Shown piece after piece: positions 13,106-26,917 of a DNA stretch of 64,000 bases. The notes below the pieces were generated by a model, which saw only the letters and a list, made by a program, of their open reading frames with translations, searched no databases and was not told the DNA's origin. The translations under genes and the position numbers were made by a program. This DNA comes from Octopus sinensis. Lineage: Eukaryota. The stretch covers positions 145,824,001 through 145,888,000 of the forward strand of contig NC_043000.1 in NCBI RefSeq assembly GCF_006345805.1, read 5' to 3'. The first letter of the stretch is position 1; every line of letters begins with the position of its first letter.

Positions 13106-13896
13106 ACAATAGGAGAGTGGGAGAGAGAGAGAAAGAGAGGGAGAGAGATTAAGACAGAAACATTAGAAAGATATTTGTTAGAAAGGTAATGGATTTTCTA
13201 TTCCAGCTGGCTTATATTCCATTTAGTTTTCGTTTGCATTGGAGAGTACAGAGATAGTTAGCACAATAATTCCATCTATTAATTCATCTAATCTTTGACG
13301 GAATTAAGTAGAGAAGCTACTTGCTTTATTTACTTTCTGATCATTTAAGTCTCGACATCCCAATTTGATAAATTCTAATAAACTGCATATCCAAAACAAT
13401 GGCTCTCATTTCTACGCGTCACCATATCATTCTTCATTTTTTTAGATAGCTTTGTTTCTCCTTACAATCTGTTTTTCTCACTACCGTACTCTTATTGGTG
13501 ACCTCAATCAATTATTTCTTTCCTTTCTTAATATGTATCTCATTATCACTGTAATCAAATATACTGCACTCCAGAAACTGCTTTTGTTTTATTTGTAATA
13601 TAACTGACTTTGGCATTTTGGATGGGTGTCTTTTGAAATGCATTTTCCATTTTGAACAATTATTTTGCGACATATAATGCTGTTAAGACAAATTTCATTT
13701 TTTCTGTGTCCTCTTTTTAACTATTCTCTTGCACTGAATAGCTTAAATGAAATATTACTACACATGATTACAACCAATTAGCGAAATATATGACGTAAAA
13801 TGCGTGAAAATTATGGAAATCAATACATTCCTGTCTATCGTCAAACATTTAGTGAATCCAAATAAAATTCAATGTAATGAATGTCTACATTCTTAC

Positions 13897-13945
13897 CTCC
13901 ACAGTTTGCCAACAATATTAGAGAAAAATGTAGTAACGCCAACAT
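13897..13945 (-). CDS. Candidate signal-peptide coding exon segment MLALLHFSLILLANCG (exon about 13897-14089)
   Basis: Acceptor TTTATATTTTCAG at 14090, ATG at 13945, hydrophobic 16-aa peptide, phase-1 donor GAG|GTAAGA; non-repetitive context. Confidence 0.35.
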
Positions 13946-15806
13946 TCCTTTACTGTATAGGAAGCTACGTTAAAACTCATTGATGAAAATGAGATTTTAA
14001 ACAGTGTTATAATAAAAACAAAGGTTAAATATGTTTCACATAAAATCATAAAAAAGAAATTATGTCGGCCTGATTTTGGTTAATATGAACTGAAAATATA
14101 AATACTAAAGAAGATAGCGAAAATAAATACTTACATCACTGCGTAGTGGGAGGTTGTTTACACTGCGGTTTATTATTTAAACATGTTATTCAATATAAAC
14201 AGCTTATTTAACGAATACGCTCATATAATTTAAGTAATCTGGGATTGGACAGCAGGTAATAATAATCTATCTGGCGGTATTATAACTACAACGATAAATG
14301 ATATAAAATATAAAAAAACATGCGCATATAATGGAATAGAATTTTAGGAATAACCATCTGTTCATATGCAAAAACTCTAATATGAAAAAACTCTAAATGC
14401 ATATTGAGTTTAACTATTAAATTTTTCAAGTTGATAGACAATAAATTTCGTCCTACATGACAAAATCAATATTTGTGTTTACGCATATTATATAAAAGAG
14501 TGCTTAACTATCTCACTAATTAAACTTTTTTATATATTATACCTCATTCAGAATAGATTTACAAAACGTCAATTAATGGCACACTGCAAATGTGACGAGG
14601 ACAATAGCTAGTCATTCAGTGTAGGTCGATGCAGAACAAAACTTCAAAAATTATCGCTAATCTGAGGACTTCGATTATAGTTTACCTGCTTGCAAAGGAA
14701 AATCGGCAAAATCTATATCCTTTCACTCTCTCTCTATCTATCTATCTCTCTCTATCTACCTATCTATCTTTTTTTCTTTCTCTCTTTCTCTCTCTCCCTC
14801 CCACACACATACAGTGACTCACACACCCAACCATACAAAGACATACCACTTATATGTGTGTGCGTTTCTGTGTGTGTATGTGTGTGTATGTGTGTGTTTG
14901 TGTGTGTGTCTGTAGATGTATGTGTGTCCATTTAAGTACATATAGAATCAAACCACGAGAGGAATGCTTAAGACTTCTAGCCAGGATAATATACAAAAGG
15001 AACAAAGGCTAATGGCAACGCTCATAGAAGTGGTGTCTCGCAAAAAGGCAAAGAAATGATGACAAAACATTCATCTAAATTTGTTTCTCTTCACGTGAGT
15101 GAATTATGACGAATTTGGATTTAAACAAGATAACTGTGTTACTGACATTGGAATCTCTTGTGAAAGTCACTCACCGAGTAAGTGTTCTCTGACACGGAAG
15201 CTGGTCTACAGCACAGAATTTTGGGTACGGCGTCATACTGTTATTTTAGAACAAAAAGGTACAAAATTAAGGAAGCTAAGGGAATAAAAATAATCAGCCA
15301 GACAGTAATGAAATGTCAATTAAGAAATGAACTAAAACCACGGAAAGCAGTATTCCGTAGAAATCTGTGCAAATGAAATATGGGAGATTTATATTCAGTG
15401 ATGAGTAGCTAGGAGGAATGAATGTAAACTATCACACAGTGTTTGTAACTATCACACTGTGTTTGAAGAAATTCAAAGAAATATCAAACAAAATGTGCGA
15501 CATTAAGCACGTAAGACATTAGTAACCAACGAGGAGAATAAGAGGAAAATACAAAAGGCAAGAAGAAACATACTGGAAGGAAAATGTATCTGATGTGAAA
15601 ATGGCCATGATGTAGAACAACTGAAATTATTGAACAACTGTGGAATAAGCAAACAAAAAAAATCAAAGAGACAAACACTTCAGGCCTTAGAATCAGTGAA
15701 ACTGGGTGAAGTGGACAGAACCAACATGAAGAGAAATCAACACGTAAAGTGTTTCTGATGAAATTATCTGCGAAAGAAACCAGCACATTCATATTGATAT
15801 CAAAGT

Positions 15807-15999
15807 TTGGCACAAGTCGGGGTAGGATGTAAATCGATTAGATCGGCCACACTGTTCAGCAGGTACTTATTTTATCGACCCCGAAAATATGAGAGGCAAA
15901 TTCGACCTCGGCAGAATTTCAAATCAGAAGGTGAAAACGGGCGAAATGCCACTAAGCATTTAGCCCGGCGTTCTAACGTTTCTTCCAGCTTGCCGTCTT
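15807..15999 (-). mobile_element. SINE nested in the LINE
   Basis: GGTACTTATTTTATCGACCCCGAAA..GGCAAATTCGACCTCGGCAGAATT..CTAAGCATTTAGCCCGGCG..CAGCTTGCCG, reverse complement of the 341 family. Confidence 0.8.
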
Positions 16000-16589
16000 A
16001 ACCAGCATTTTCTATTGGTAGGTGTCACAACATGTTTTAGGTTTGCTATAAGGAAAAATGAACTAAAGAAAGATCATCAAGTACCCTGGTGGTAGAAATG
16101 CATATTAATGAACGTTAAAGACTTTATGAAGAATATTATAAGATTAGTTATAGAAACCAGAAGAAAACATGTACATTAGAGGAAATTATCAAGTAAAGAA
16201 AACAAATGGGCTTGAGCAACGAATGAAAATCTAAAGCAGAGATTAAATAAAAAAAAACCTTTTCAATTAAACTATAAACATCTATTTGGTATTCTTGAAG
16301 GAAAAGAGGGAAGTGGTTTGAATTCCGCAGACAAGCTGTTTAGAGTGCAATTTGGAGATAATGTCAAACCCAAATATTTAATCGAAGAAAGATGTTATGT
16401 CATGAAAACAAACATTTGAAAATAATTTTAAAAGATAGGAAACAACAAAGCAATGTGTACAGATTGTAGAAACTTAGAGAATAGATTAATGAATTAAGGA
16501 ACCATATTAACATTTTGGACCGTGGAAGAAGAGGGGTACATAATAAAAGGTGCCTAAACAAATAGCATGGTCCAAAACTCTCGCACCAA

Positions 16590-16769
16590 AATTTTTGTCA
16601 TTTATAATATATTACTGTTGTTATGGCTGTCTTTTGTTCATCATGCAAAAAGTACGAGTATTCATCATTATTTTATCCACTTAATTCAATTTGAAAAAAT
16701 TGAAGAATGCCTTTGACAGTTCTGAATCGTATTGAACTTATTTTGGCGTGACTTTTCGCTCACCCTGTA
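16590..16769. mobile_element. Tc1/mariner terminal fragment nested in the LINE
   Basis: Ends GACTTTTCGCTCACCCTGTA, the same CACCCTGTA terminus as at 6013-6021. Confidence 0.4.
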
Positions 16770-18757
16770 TTGAATTAGAAAAGAAGTATAATATATTAAA
16801 GAAAAGTATAAACGTATTTACTGAGGGTTTGAAACAAAGGATGCAACTGAAGTCGTCCAAGCTGAAAAGGTTTGAACAAAGAAAACAATACAGAACCAAT
16901 AGGATGTCCTAGTAAGACCAGAAAATAGTGTACCAAGACCTAGAGGATAAGAAAAGAAAAGATTTTGTTCAAACAACTGTGATAAAGAGGTACAACATAA
17001 TAAAACACTGCATGACGAAAGGAATAGAGGGAGAATAAAACAAATGGGGAGCTGAATGGTATTCAAATAACAGTAATAAAGGTATGCATGCAAACAGAAA
17101 CAAAATCTTAATTTGGAAAGATCCTAGAGCTTTTGACTGAAACAGAGATCTTTACGTAAACGAATCGCAGCTCAAATGAATGACATGTTAAATAACCGGG
17201 TAGAGATACCCGTATGAATGATAGCAGGTTGAAATGTGCTGTGTCAGAGGACCCAGCTAAAATTAACGCAGTAGATAATTATAGACACATATCTTTCTTC
17301 TCATTAATACGGAAGCTTATGATTTAATCAGTTCCTTGAGGAGAATGAAATTCTACCGGAAGGACAGAAAGGATATACAAAGTACAGCATGTATACAAAA
17401 TAACCAACTGGTCTATAAACAATCCTGGTGAATTGTACAAAAAGACTCAAGAATTTAGCTATTGCATTTGTGGACTATAAGAAAGCCTAGGACATGGTTC
17501 ACGAAAGCTGTATATTAGGGTGCCTGAACTGTACTCAAGTGAGGAGCGATGTATTAAGATTTACAGAAACATCAACGGCAGTTAGTAAACGGAAGTAATT
17601 TCCTACGGGGTACAGTTAGAATCTGTCAACATACGAAGGGGTATATTTGATGAAAACAGCTATCTCCACTCTTATTTGTCATTTGCATGAATCTTCTGAC
17701 CCAAGTCAGATTGTATTGAGATCAACTATTTGTTACCCTGAAACGTAGAAAGCTTACAATGAGTGAATGGATTGAGCTTGCTAATGGATAGATCTTTAAT
17801 GAAGTTAGGTGGAATTATATAAGTATTTAGAAGTCTTTGGTTTGAATAAGATCAAAGAAAAAGAAATGAAGGAGACGTTGAAAAGTGAATATCTTAGGCA
17901 GATGAGACTTGTAATGTCGTCAAAATAGAATAGAAGGAATAAGATCAAGGAAACGAATGCGTAGGCAAGAGTTATTAAATGCAATAAAATGAATTAGAAT
18001 GCATTGATAAGAAATCTAGGAAATTGATGACAGCGCATAAAGAACGCTATCCAAGGAGTGATGTAGCAAAGCCTTGATATTTGAAGAAACAAAGGATGTA
18101 GAAGACTAAGATATGAAATTTGTAAACAATCTAGCCTGGTACCTTAGATTTGTGAAGGTTAACACCATATCAAATATTAAAGAGCTTGACACTGAGATGT
18201 ACTCATGTCTTGACACTGAATGAAGGTAAGAAGACAGTGAAAAAACAACTTGGGAAGGAAGGGAAAGTTAAACATATGCACGGGCAGTACACTAGAAATA
18301 AAGTAGGCACAAACAGGGATAGGAGATGGTCGTGGCTTAGAAATAGCAATCTGAAGGGAAGCACTGAAGCTCCGATTTGCAACTTCCACAAGCAGGCTCT
18401 CCGAACTAACTACATTAAGCAAAAGGGGCTGACTGCTACCGAGCTCAGAAACCAGGAGACCCCAAAATGACAGAAGTTCAAAAGGAAAGTGCTCATGGGA
18501 ACTGCCCATATCTACGTAAAATACTGCCTCCGTAATCTCAAATCTTAAAATAAACACATAATTTTCTTATGGTTTCTTAAACATTTTCTAGAACAACACT
18601 ATGTACAAAACCAAATATATGGCACCCTAAGCATAACGCCAACATGAACTTCTAACTTATCGTCTCTTGAGATCTCTGGGTGAGACTTGGAGCCATCTTG
18701 TACAAATGCAAAGCAAAAGTCAACCATAAAATAATAATAATAATAACAATAATAATG

Positions 18758-18806
<49 letters not shown>

Positions 18807-19193
18807 TAATAATAAGTAAAAGACTAAGGTATGAAAGTTGTGTCCAAAGCAATGTAAACAATAGTAAATGCCCTGATGCATGGCATTTATTATTAGGATA
18901 GTCTAAACTAATACGTCACACGTATTGAGAAGAGCAGTGTCGATGCGAATTTTCTTTCCTTTCCCACCATATTATATTTGTTTACTCTTCTATTTTTTAT
19001 TTTCTCCTTTTTTCTCTCTGTCATCCCCTTTTTCTCTTTTTCATGACTCTGTAAATGAACAATCTGCTGTGCTTGTTTTAATGGCCTACCAATGTATACA
19101 GTGCATTTCTGTGGCCTTGTTCTCAGGAAGACACTTAAAAAGGAATGGGGACTGAATTGAAAGAAGATGCTAATGAAAACTATATTATTATTA

Positions 19194-19535
19194 CTCTTTA
19201 CTCTTTACTCTCTTTTACTTGTTTCACTCACTTGATTGTGGCCATGCTGGAGCACCGCATTTATTCGAATCAAATCGACTCCAGGACTTATTCTTTGTAA
19301 GCCTAGTACTTATTATATCGGGCTCTTTTGCCGAACCGCTAAGTTACGGGGACATAAATACACCAGCATCGGTTGTCAAGCGATGTTGGGGGGACAAACA
19401 CTGACACACAAACATATACACACACACCGTGTGGTTGGTAAGCAAGCTACTTACTTCAAAGCCACTTCTGCGCTTAATACTTACCACAAAGCCTTTCCTG
19501 CGCCTAATACTTACCACAAAGCCACTCCTGCACCT
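19194..19535 (-). mobile_element. tRNA-headed SINE (62168 family), internally deleted, 5' end triplicated
   Basis: Reverse complement of the 62168-62575 tail plus three ~30-bp copies of TACTTACCACAAAGCCACTCCTGCGCCT. Confidence 0.85.
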
Positions 19536-19725
19536 AATTATTATTATTATTATTATTATTATTAATATTATTATCATTATTACTATCACTATTATTAATG
19601 ATAATAATAATAATAATAAACTAATAATAATAATAATAAGAGTAATAATAATAATAATAATAATAAGAGTAATAATAATAATAATAAGAGTAATAATAAT
19701 AATAATAGTAATAATAATAATAAGA

Positions 19726-19768
<43 letters not shown>

Positions 19769-19770
19769 GA

Positions 19771-19806
<36 letters not shown>

Positions 19807-19913
19807 GTAATAATAATATAAGAGTAATAATAATATAATAATAATAATAATAAGAGTAATAATAATAATATAATAAGAGTAATATAATAATAATAGTAAT
19901 AATAATAATAAGA

Positions 19914-19953
<40 letters not shown>

Positions 19954-19987
19954 GAGTATAATAATAATAATAATAATAATAATAAGT

Positions 19988-20039
<52 letters not shown>

Positions 20040-20041
20040 GT

Positions 20042-20072
<31 letters not shown>

Positions 20073-20074
20073 GT

Positions 20075-20108
<34 letters not shown>

Positions 20109-20191
20109 GTGTATAATAATAATAATAATAATATAATAATAATAATATATAATAATATAATAAGTGTAATAATATAATAATAATAATAATA

Positions 20192-20223
<32 letters not shown>

Positions 20224-20326
20224 GAGTAATAATAATATAATAGTAATAATAATAATAAGAGTAATAATAATAATAAGAGTAATAATAATAATAATAATAA
20301 TATTAATAATAATAATAATAATAAGA

Positions 20327-20375
<49 letters not shown>

Positions 20376-20400
20376 GAGTAATAATAATAATAATAATATA
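19536..20400. repeat. About 860-bp (TAA)n array with periodic AAGAGT/AAGTGT variants
   Basis: Direct reading. Confidence 0.95.
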
Positions 20401-22670
20401 GACCGAAAAGAGAAAGAGAGCTTAAAAGCGAACAAATATTCAGGGTGCTGAAAAGCAAGTACAATATTGAAAGAACGGGCATGAAATTAGTAATGGAGGA
20501 ACTGAAATAGCGCTACGTTGCAAAGAAAGCAATGATGATAAGATACGACCAAAGAATGAAGGGATACCACCAGAATAGTTTATTCAGAATAGATCAGAAG
20601 AAATTCTATAAAGAAACAAATGGAGAGTGTACAGATGAAAAGTTGATACCAGATAACATTGAAAAACAAAGATTTTAGAGTGACATCTGGAGCAAAGACT
20701 AATAGAACAAGAAGGATGCTGAATCGTTGCAAGAACTGAAACAAACAGTGGTCTGTCCAAAACAGGCAGAACTATCATTTCAGTTGGGGAAGTGAAGGAC
20801 ATCAGACAAAAAGAGAACAACTGGAAGGTCTCGGTGTTCAAGGCTACCAGATCAAAAGATTTAGTGAATGTCATGCACGAATAGCTGCGCACAACTAAAC
20901 CCTTGTTAAATGCCGACCAAGTTACAACAGAGTAGTTGACATTAAGTAGGACAGTGCTGTGCCTGAAAAATATCGAAAAAGACAATACGGTACACAATTA
21001 GAGGTCGATACCTGTTTGCCCCTTATGTAGAAATTATTGAGTGGAATACACGCTGAGTCAATATGCGAACACCTGGGAAAAATGTAGTCCTGCCACATCA
21101 GCTGAAGAAAACTGTACTTAGAGACTGCAAGAAGAGGAAAAGTATCATAGGCATGTCATTGATCGAGTATCGTAAGGCGTACGATATGATTCCATACTCT
21201 TGGCTTATGGAGTGTTTGAACCTATTTGGTATTGCATCCAATGCTGAGCGAGTGCTTGGAAAAAGTATGGCGAATCGGAGGACGGACATGACAACACACC
21301 GAAGAAGTTTAGAGACAGTAAAAATTAGGAGGGGCATCTTCCAAGGGGACTACCTGTCCCCGCTGATCTCTGTAGTGTGCTTCATACACACTAACTCTGA
21401 TTGCGAAGAAAGCAAAAGCTGGGTATACATTCAAAAGCCGCCAACAAAAAGTCAACCATTTGTTACTTATGGATGACCTCAAACCTTACGGTAAAGATGA
21501 TGCCCAAGTCAGTTCCCTCGTAGATACGGTGTATACCTTCAGTGCTGATATCATAATGGAGTTCGGACTGAGAAAGTGTGGTGTGGTAGTCTTGAAGAGA
21601 GGCAAAATCAAATGTATGGACGGGATAACGATACGGTCTGGGGAGGTTATGAAGCAGATAGAAGAGACGGGCTATAAGTAATTGGGGTTTTGGAAATGGA
21701 TAAATTGATGGAGAAACAAATGACAGAAAATTTAAGGTGGAGTACTGATACTTAAGTCGAAATCAAACGGACGGAATAATATTGAAGCTTTCAACACCTG
21801 GGCGGCTTCACTACTTAGATATGGAACAGGGGTAATCGCATGGACAGTAGACAAATTAAACACCTTAGACAGAAAGACAAGGAAGTAACTAACAGGATAT
21901 GGGTCATTCCACTCAAAACGTGACACGGATAGACTGTATGTACCAAGAAAAAGAGGCGGAAAGAGGACGTATTGGATGTGAACATAGCATTAGAGCAGAA
22001 GAAATCATTGCATGGTATGTAAAAAATGCCGCAGAACCGCTATTATTAGAAGTATGAAGGTCCGGCTTGTGTAGGCTGAAAGATTGCAAAGATAAAGCAC
22101 TATACAGGAAATTGAAAACGAATGAAACTGAGAATAGGTGGAGAAAGAAAATAATGCATAGTCAGTTTCATAGGGATGACGACGTTAAGACAGATAGAGA
22201 AAAAAGATGGTTGTGGATGACTAAAAGTGATTTAAATCCAGAAATGGAGGTTCTAATCTGCGCTGCCCAAAAGCAAGCACTAACCACAAATTACATAAAA
22301 TACAGAATAGACAGCACAGCAGCAAGTGATAAGAGCAGAATCTGTGGACAAAATGTTGAAACCATATGGCATATAACCAGCCAATGTACGCCACTAGACT
22401 AGAAGGAATATAAGAGACGCAATGACAATATAGCCAGGCTTGTCCATTGGACACTTTGCAACAAGTATGGACTTGACCACAAACCTGAAGGAATCGCCGA
22501 AAATAGAAATGCAAAGATCCTGTGGGATTTTATGATTCAGTGAGACCATGACATACAGAATAGGAAGCCAGATATAGTTAATTGAGAAAGAAAACAAAGT
22601 ATGCTGAATCATAGACATGGCTTTCCCAGCTGATAACAAGGTATGCGATGAGGAAGAAAGTAAAGTATAC
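20401..22670 (+). mobile_element. R4/Dong-clade non-LTR retrotransposon (RT, CCHC knuckle, restriction-like endonuclease); pseudogenised
   Basis: IEYRKAYDMIPYSWLMECL, IRRGIFQGDYLSPL, HLLLMDDLKPYGK, MEFGLRKCG, ICAAQKQALTTNYIK, RICGQNVETIWHITSQC, KILWDF..RKPDI; many stops and frameshifts; starts directly after the (TAA)n array. Confidence 0.92.
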
Positions 22671-22854
22671 TCCGGAAGGTGCTCGAAAAATAAGAGGTAT
22701 TACCTAAGTTCACTGGTATTAAACAGCTGACACCGTAGTACATCTCCAGTGTTAGAAGCTGTGCAAAGGCAACGAAGATGATGATGATGATGATGATGAT
22801 GATGATAATAATTTTTATAATGATGATGATGATGATGATGATGATGATGTTGAT

Positions 22855-23095
22855 ATGCCCATATCCTACGTAAAATACATTGTATGTAATCTCAAATTTT
22901 AAACCAAACACATATTTTAAAAAATGTTTTCTTAAACATTCTCTAGAGCAATACTATGTACAAGACCAAGTACATGACATCCCAGTCATAACACAAACAT
23001 GAACTTCTAACTTGTTGTCTCTTGATGTCTCTTGGTGAGACGTACAAATACAAAGTTGCACAAATACAAAGAAAAAGTAAAACATATAATAAAAA
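22855..23095 (+). mobile_element. 5'-truncated R4/Dong LINE 3' end
   Basis: GCCCATATCCTACGTAAAATAC..GTAATCTCAAAT..ACATGAACTTCTAACTT..GGTGAGAC is near-identical in layout to 18503-18730 and is followed by (TAA)n. Confidence 0.8.
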
Positions 23096-23133
23096 TAATT
23101 TTAAAAATAAAATAATAATAATAATAATAATAA

Positions 23134-23164
<31 letters not shown>

Positions 23165-23214
23165 GCGATGATGATAAAAATAATAATAATAGTAGTAGTA
23201 GTAGTGGTAGTAGC

Positions 23215-23276
<62 letters not shown>

Positions 23277-23394
23277 CAGCAGCAGCAGCAATAATAATAA
23301 TAACAATAATAATAATAATAACAATGATAATTATAATAATAATGATAATAATGATAATAATATTAATAATAATAATAAAAATAATAATAATACT

Positions 23395-24267
23395 AATGCC
23401 CTGATGCAGCACCAGGCGGTGGCTCTCATGGCTTCTGATCTTAACACATTGGAAGTGTTATCATGTACATTGTTATGTCTTGGTATAAAAGATGGGCTAC
23501 AGCAAATATTCTGCTCAATACCACAGATTTGCTTGTCAGTTGTTTGACCTTAACCAGTTGAGCATGCCCCTTAGTGGCTGACGATATGTGCATCTCTGGT
23601 CACGAGCAGAAGTAGTGGTGGAGCATCATAGCCATGCGTTGAGAGGGATTCCTTGGGGTTTGAATTATTCACCCCTGGAAACATGGGTGGTTCTTTCAAC
23701 ATCCTTAAACAACCCTTATTCGGGGACCGTTTGATGCCCTGATGCAGTACCAGGCAGTGGCTCTCATGGCTTCTGATCTTAACTCATTGGGAGTGTTATC
23801 ATGTACATTGTTTTGTCTTGGTATAAAAGATGGGCTACAGCAAATATTCTGCTCAATACCACAGATTTGCTTGTCAGTTGTTTGACCATAACCAGTTGAG
23901 CATGCCCCTTAGTGGCTGACGATATGTGCATCTCTGATCACGAGCAGAAGTAGTGGGGGAGCATCATAGACATGTGTTGAGAGGGATTCTTTGGAAACAT
24001 GGGTGGTTCTTTCAACATCCTTAAACAACCCTTATTCAGGGATCATTTGAGCGGGATGGGCTACTCGACCTGAAGAAAATTCTAACCGGATCCCACCTGC
24101 AATGTCATGCGCAGTTTATCGTGATATAAGATTATCATGCCATGCACCTATGGCTATGATGCATGTGCCTGGTGTACCCTTATCAGACGGGTAGTCATGA
24201 TGGGTATATTGGGCTTCGTATATCTTACCCCACTGTCACTTTGATGGCATGAACTGCTCTCTCACTC

Positions 24268-24309
<42 letters not shown>

Positions 24310-24876
24310 TAATAATACCTAAAATGCCCTGATGCAGTACCAGATAGTGGCTCTCATGGTTTCTCATCTTAACTCATTGGAAGTGTTATGTACGTTGTTA
24401 TGCCTTGGTATAAAACATGGGTTACAGCAAATATTCTACTCAATACCACAGATTTGCTTATCAGTTGTTTGACCTTAACCAGTTGAGCATGTCTCTTAGT
24501 GGCTGGCGATATGTGTATCTCTGATCACGAGCAGAAGTAGTGGGGGAGCATCATAGCCATGTGTTCAGAAGAATTATTTGGAGTTTGAATAATTCACCTC
24601 TGGAAACATGGGTGTTTCGTTCAAAATCCTTAAACAACTCTTATTCAGGGACTTTTGGATTACTCGAGCAGAAGAAAATTCTTACTGTGCCCCACCTGCA
24701 AGGTCATGTGCTGTTTATCTTGATATGAGATCACCATGTCACGCACAAATGGTTGTGATGCATGTGCCTAGTGTACCCTTATCAGACAGGTAGTCATGGT
24801 TGGTATGCTAGGCTTCGTATCATGATTGGTATGCTAGGCCAGTGTCATTTTGATAGCATGCACTGGTCTCTCAATC

Positions 24877-24931
<55 letters not shown>

Positions 24932-25070
24932 TTGATGATGATGATACCTAAAATGCCCTGATGCAGTACCAGGCAGTGGCTCTCATGGCTTCTGATCTTA
25001 TCTGATTGGAAATATTATGTACATTGTTTTGTCTTGGTATAAAAGATGGGTTACAGCAAATATTCTGCTC
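23395..25070. mobile_element. Cluster of four copies of a ~550-bp non-coding element in (TAA)n: 23395-23733, 23734-24267, 24316-24876, 24945-25070
   Basis: All begin ATGCCCTGATGCAG.ACCAG...TGGCTCTCATGG; the two complete copies end CTCTCA.TC(AAT)n. Confidence 0.9.
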
Positions 25071-25082
25071 AATAATAATAAC

Positions 25083-25196
<114 letters not shown>

Positions 25197-25235
25197 GTGT
25201 GGCATCTGCAATGGAATGAGTGAAACCATTGCTCA

Positions 25236-26227
25236 TGTAGGAATTTATACGACCGTACGTTAGGAGGTTGATGACATAGGTCTCCTTTAGTACGCCGCAC
25301 GGCCGTATCCCTAACAAAAAAATAAGAGAAAGCCAAAATACATGGATATATTATACAGTGCCCAAGGAAATGAATAAAGGACGCCAAGACGTTCTACTTT
25401 TATAGAGAGAAGATAGACTTTATTCACAGTGTACAAAGTGAGTTGCGATTATTAGCATAGTGTTGTGGTATGAATGCATGCGTCTAGCATTTGTGTCTGT
25501 GTGTTCGTGTGTGCGACAGAAGGTACAGATAAAGATGCATGCGAATACAACAGAAATACAGATCATAAGAGAAGTCTCAGCATATTGAGTTATTATAGAG
25601 TTAGTTTACCAGTTCATGTGGTACACGATAATAAGTTCTGTTACAAGATTTGGGTCTCGAAGCGGAGACAAGTTGAGTTACTTGTTGTGCAGGTTTCTCT
25701 TGATATAAATGTTCTTTCAGATAATACTGCAACTGTTTTTCCGTGGTGATAGTTTCACAGAAACAGCGTGAGTTGAATCTGTGTATTTGTCTTGTTGTGT
25801 ACAAATTGAAATCTTTGGAGATGTAGACGACGTAGGTAATGACGTTCTGTCTGTCGCTGGTATACAATAGCGTCTTCATAGTATGGTTGGCCGGCTGTCG
25901 TCTGTCGTTCGAACTGGAACATGGCTGAGTAAGCTCTGTGTGGTCTCCGACAAGACCTTAGAAGGTCTTGAGCCGAAAGACGATGAATAGTGGAAATATT
26001 AGCCTATTTATGGAGTGAAGATGGCTCCATTGAAAGATCCTATCCGAAAGCAGTGATTGGTCAGTTTATACACTGGCGCGAAATAAGTAGAGAAACAGAC
26101 CGCGCTAGGTGCTAACCAATCATATCAGTGGACACAAACGGGTTAAACTAGCCAAAGATGTTTGTAATCTCAAACGAGAACATTCCTAATGTTTTTCTCA
26201 AATAGTGAGAATAGCAATATTACTACA
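25236..26227 (-). mobile_element. Solo LTR, 992 bp (Gypsy-like by its 4-bp TSD)
   Basis: TGTAG...CTACA termini (TGTAGGAAT vs reverse-complement TGTAGTAAT); TSD CTCA at 25232-25235 and 26228-26231; minus-strand AATAAA near 25420 and TATA-like CATAAATA near 26008. Confidence 0.88.
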
Positions 26228-26495
26228 CTCATATCACAAACGGTTGCTTTAGACTTGCGCAAAGCCAGAAGTTGTGGTGACACGATCAGGTAGCGAAAGT
26301 ACAACATTGGAAACTATGCAAAAAGTGGGGGCTAGAGAGAAAGCAAGGCAAGGTATGAGCGCAAACCACAGAGAGTGGCGGAGTCTCAATCCAAACAGAT
26401 CAGGTCCTAGAGCATAAGAGACCGGACCTAGTGGTGGTGAACAAGGTGAACCACATATGCTATATAGTTGATGTTGCATGCCCCTTTGACCCTGT

Positions 26496-26602
<107 letters not shown>

Positions 26603-26917
26603 CAACTCTCTTAAGTACAAAATAGCCCAGCTATGGAAAATGAAGAATGTGAAGATATTGCCAAGTATTGTTGGATTCTTGGGAACAGCATCATGATTAA
26701 TATAAAGAAAATTGGAATAGAGTGCCCAGTAGATCAGTTGCAAAGGTTTCGTCTCCTTGGCACGGCTAGAATAATCAGGAAAGTAATAGAAAGCTGAAAA
26801 GAACGAATAGTATGGTACCGTAGGCTGCATGTAGCAAGCCCGCTACGCATGCAAGACTCCAGGAGCTCCAACAAAATCTTTGATAAAAAGAAACAATAGT
26901 AATTATAATCATTTCTA

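Larger units (their letters stand above)
14950..18730 (+). mobile_element. Heavily degraded R4/Dong-type LINE(s) with nested insertions, ending in a 3' UTR and (TAA)n
   Basis: LAIAFVDYKKA*DMVH (about 17456), IRRGIF (about 17631), KHMHGQY..WSWLRNSNLKGSTEAPICNFHKQALRTNYIK (18186-18470), then a frameshifted EVQK..VLMGTAHI..KIL C-terminus and TAA tail; left boundary uncertain. Confidence 0.8.

Noticed and set aside
19449-19535. CRISPR-like 30-bp repeats
   Set aside because: No spacers, eukaryotic context, and the repeats equal the SINE 5' end
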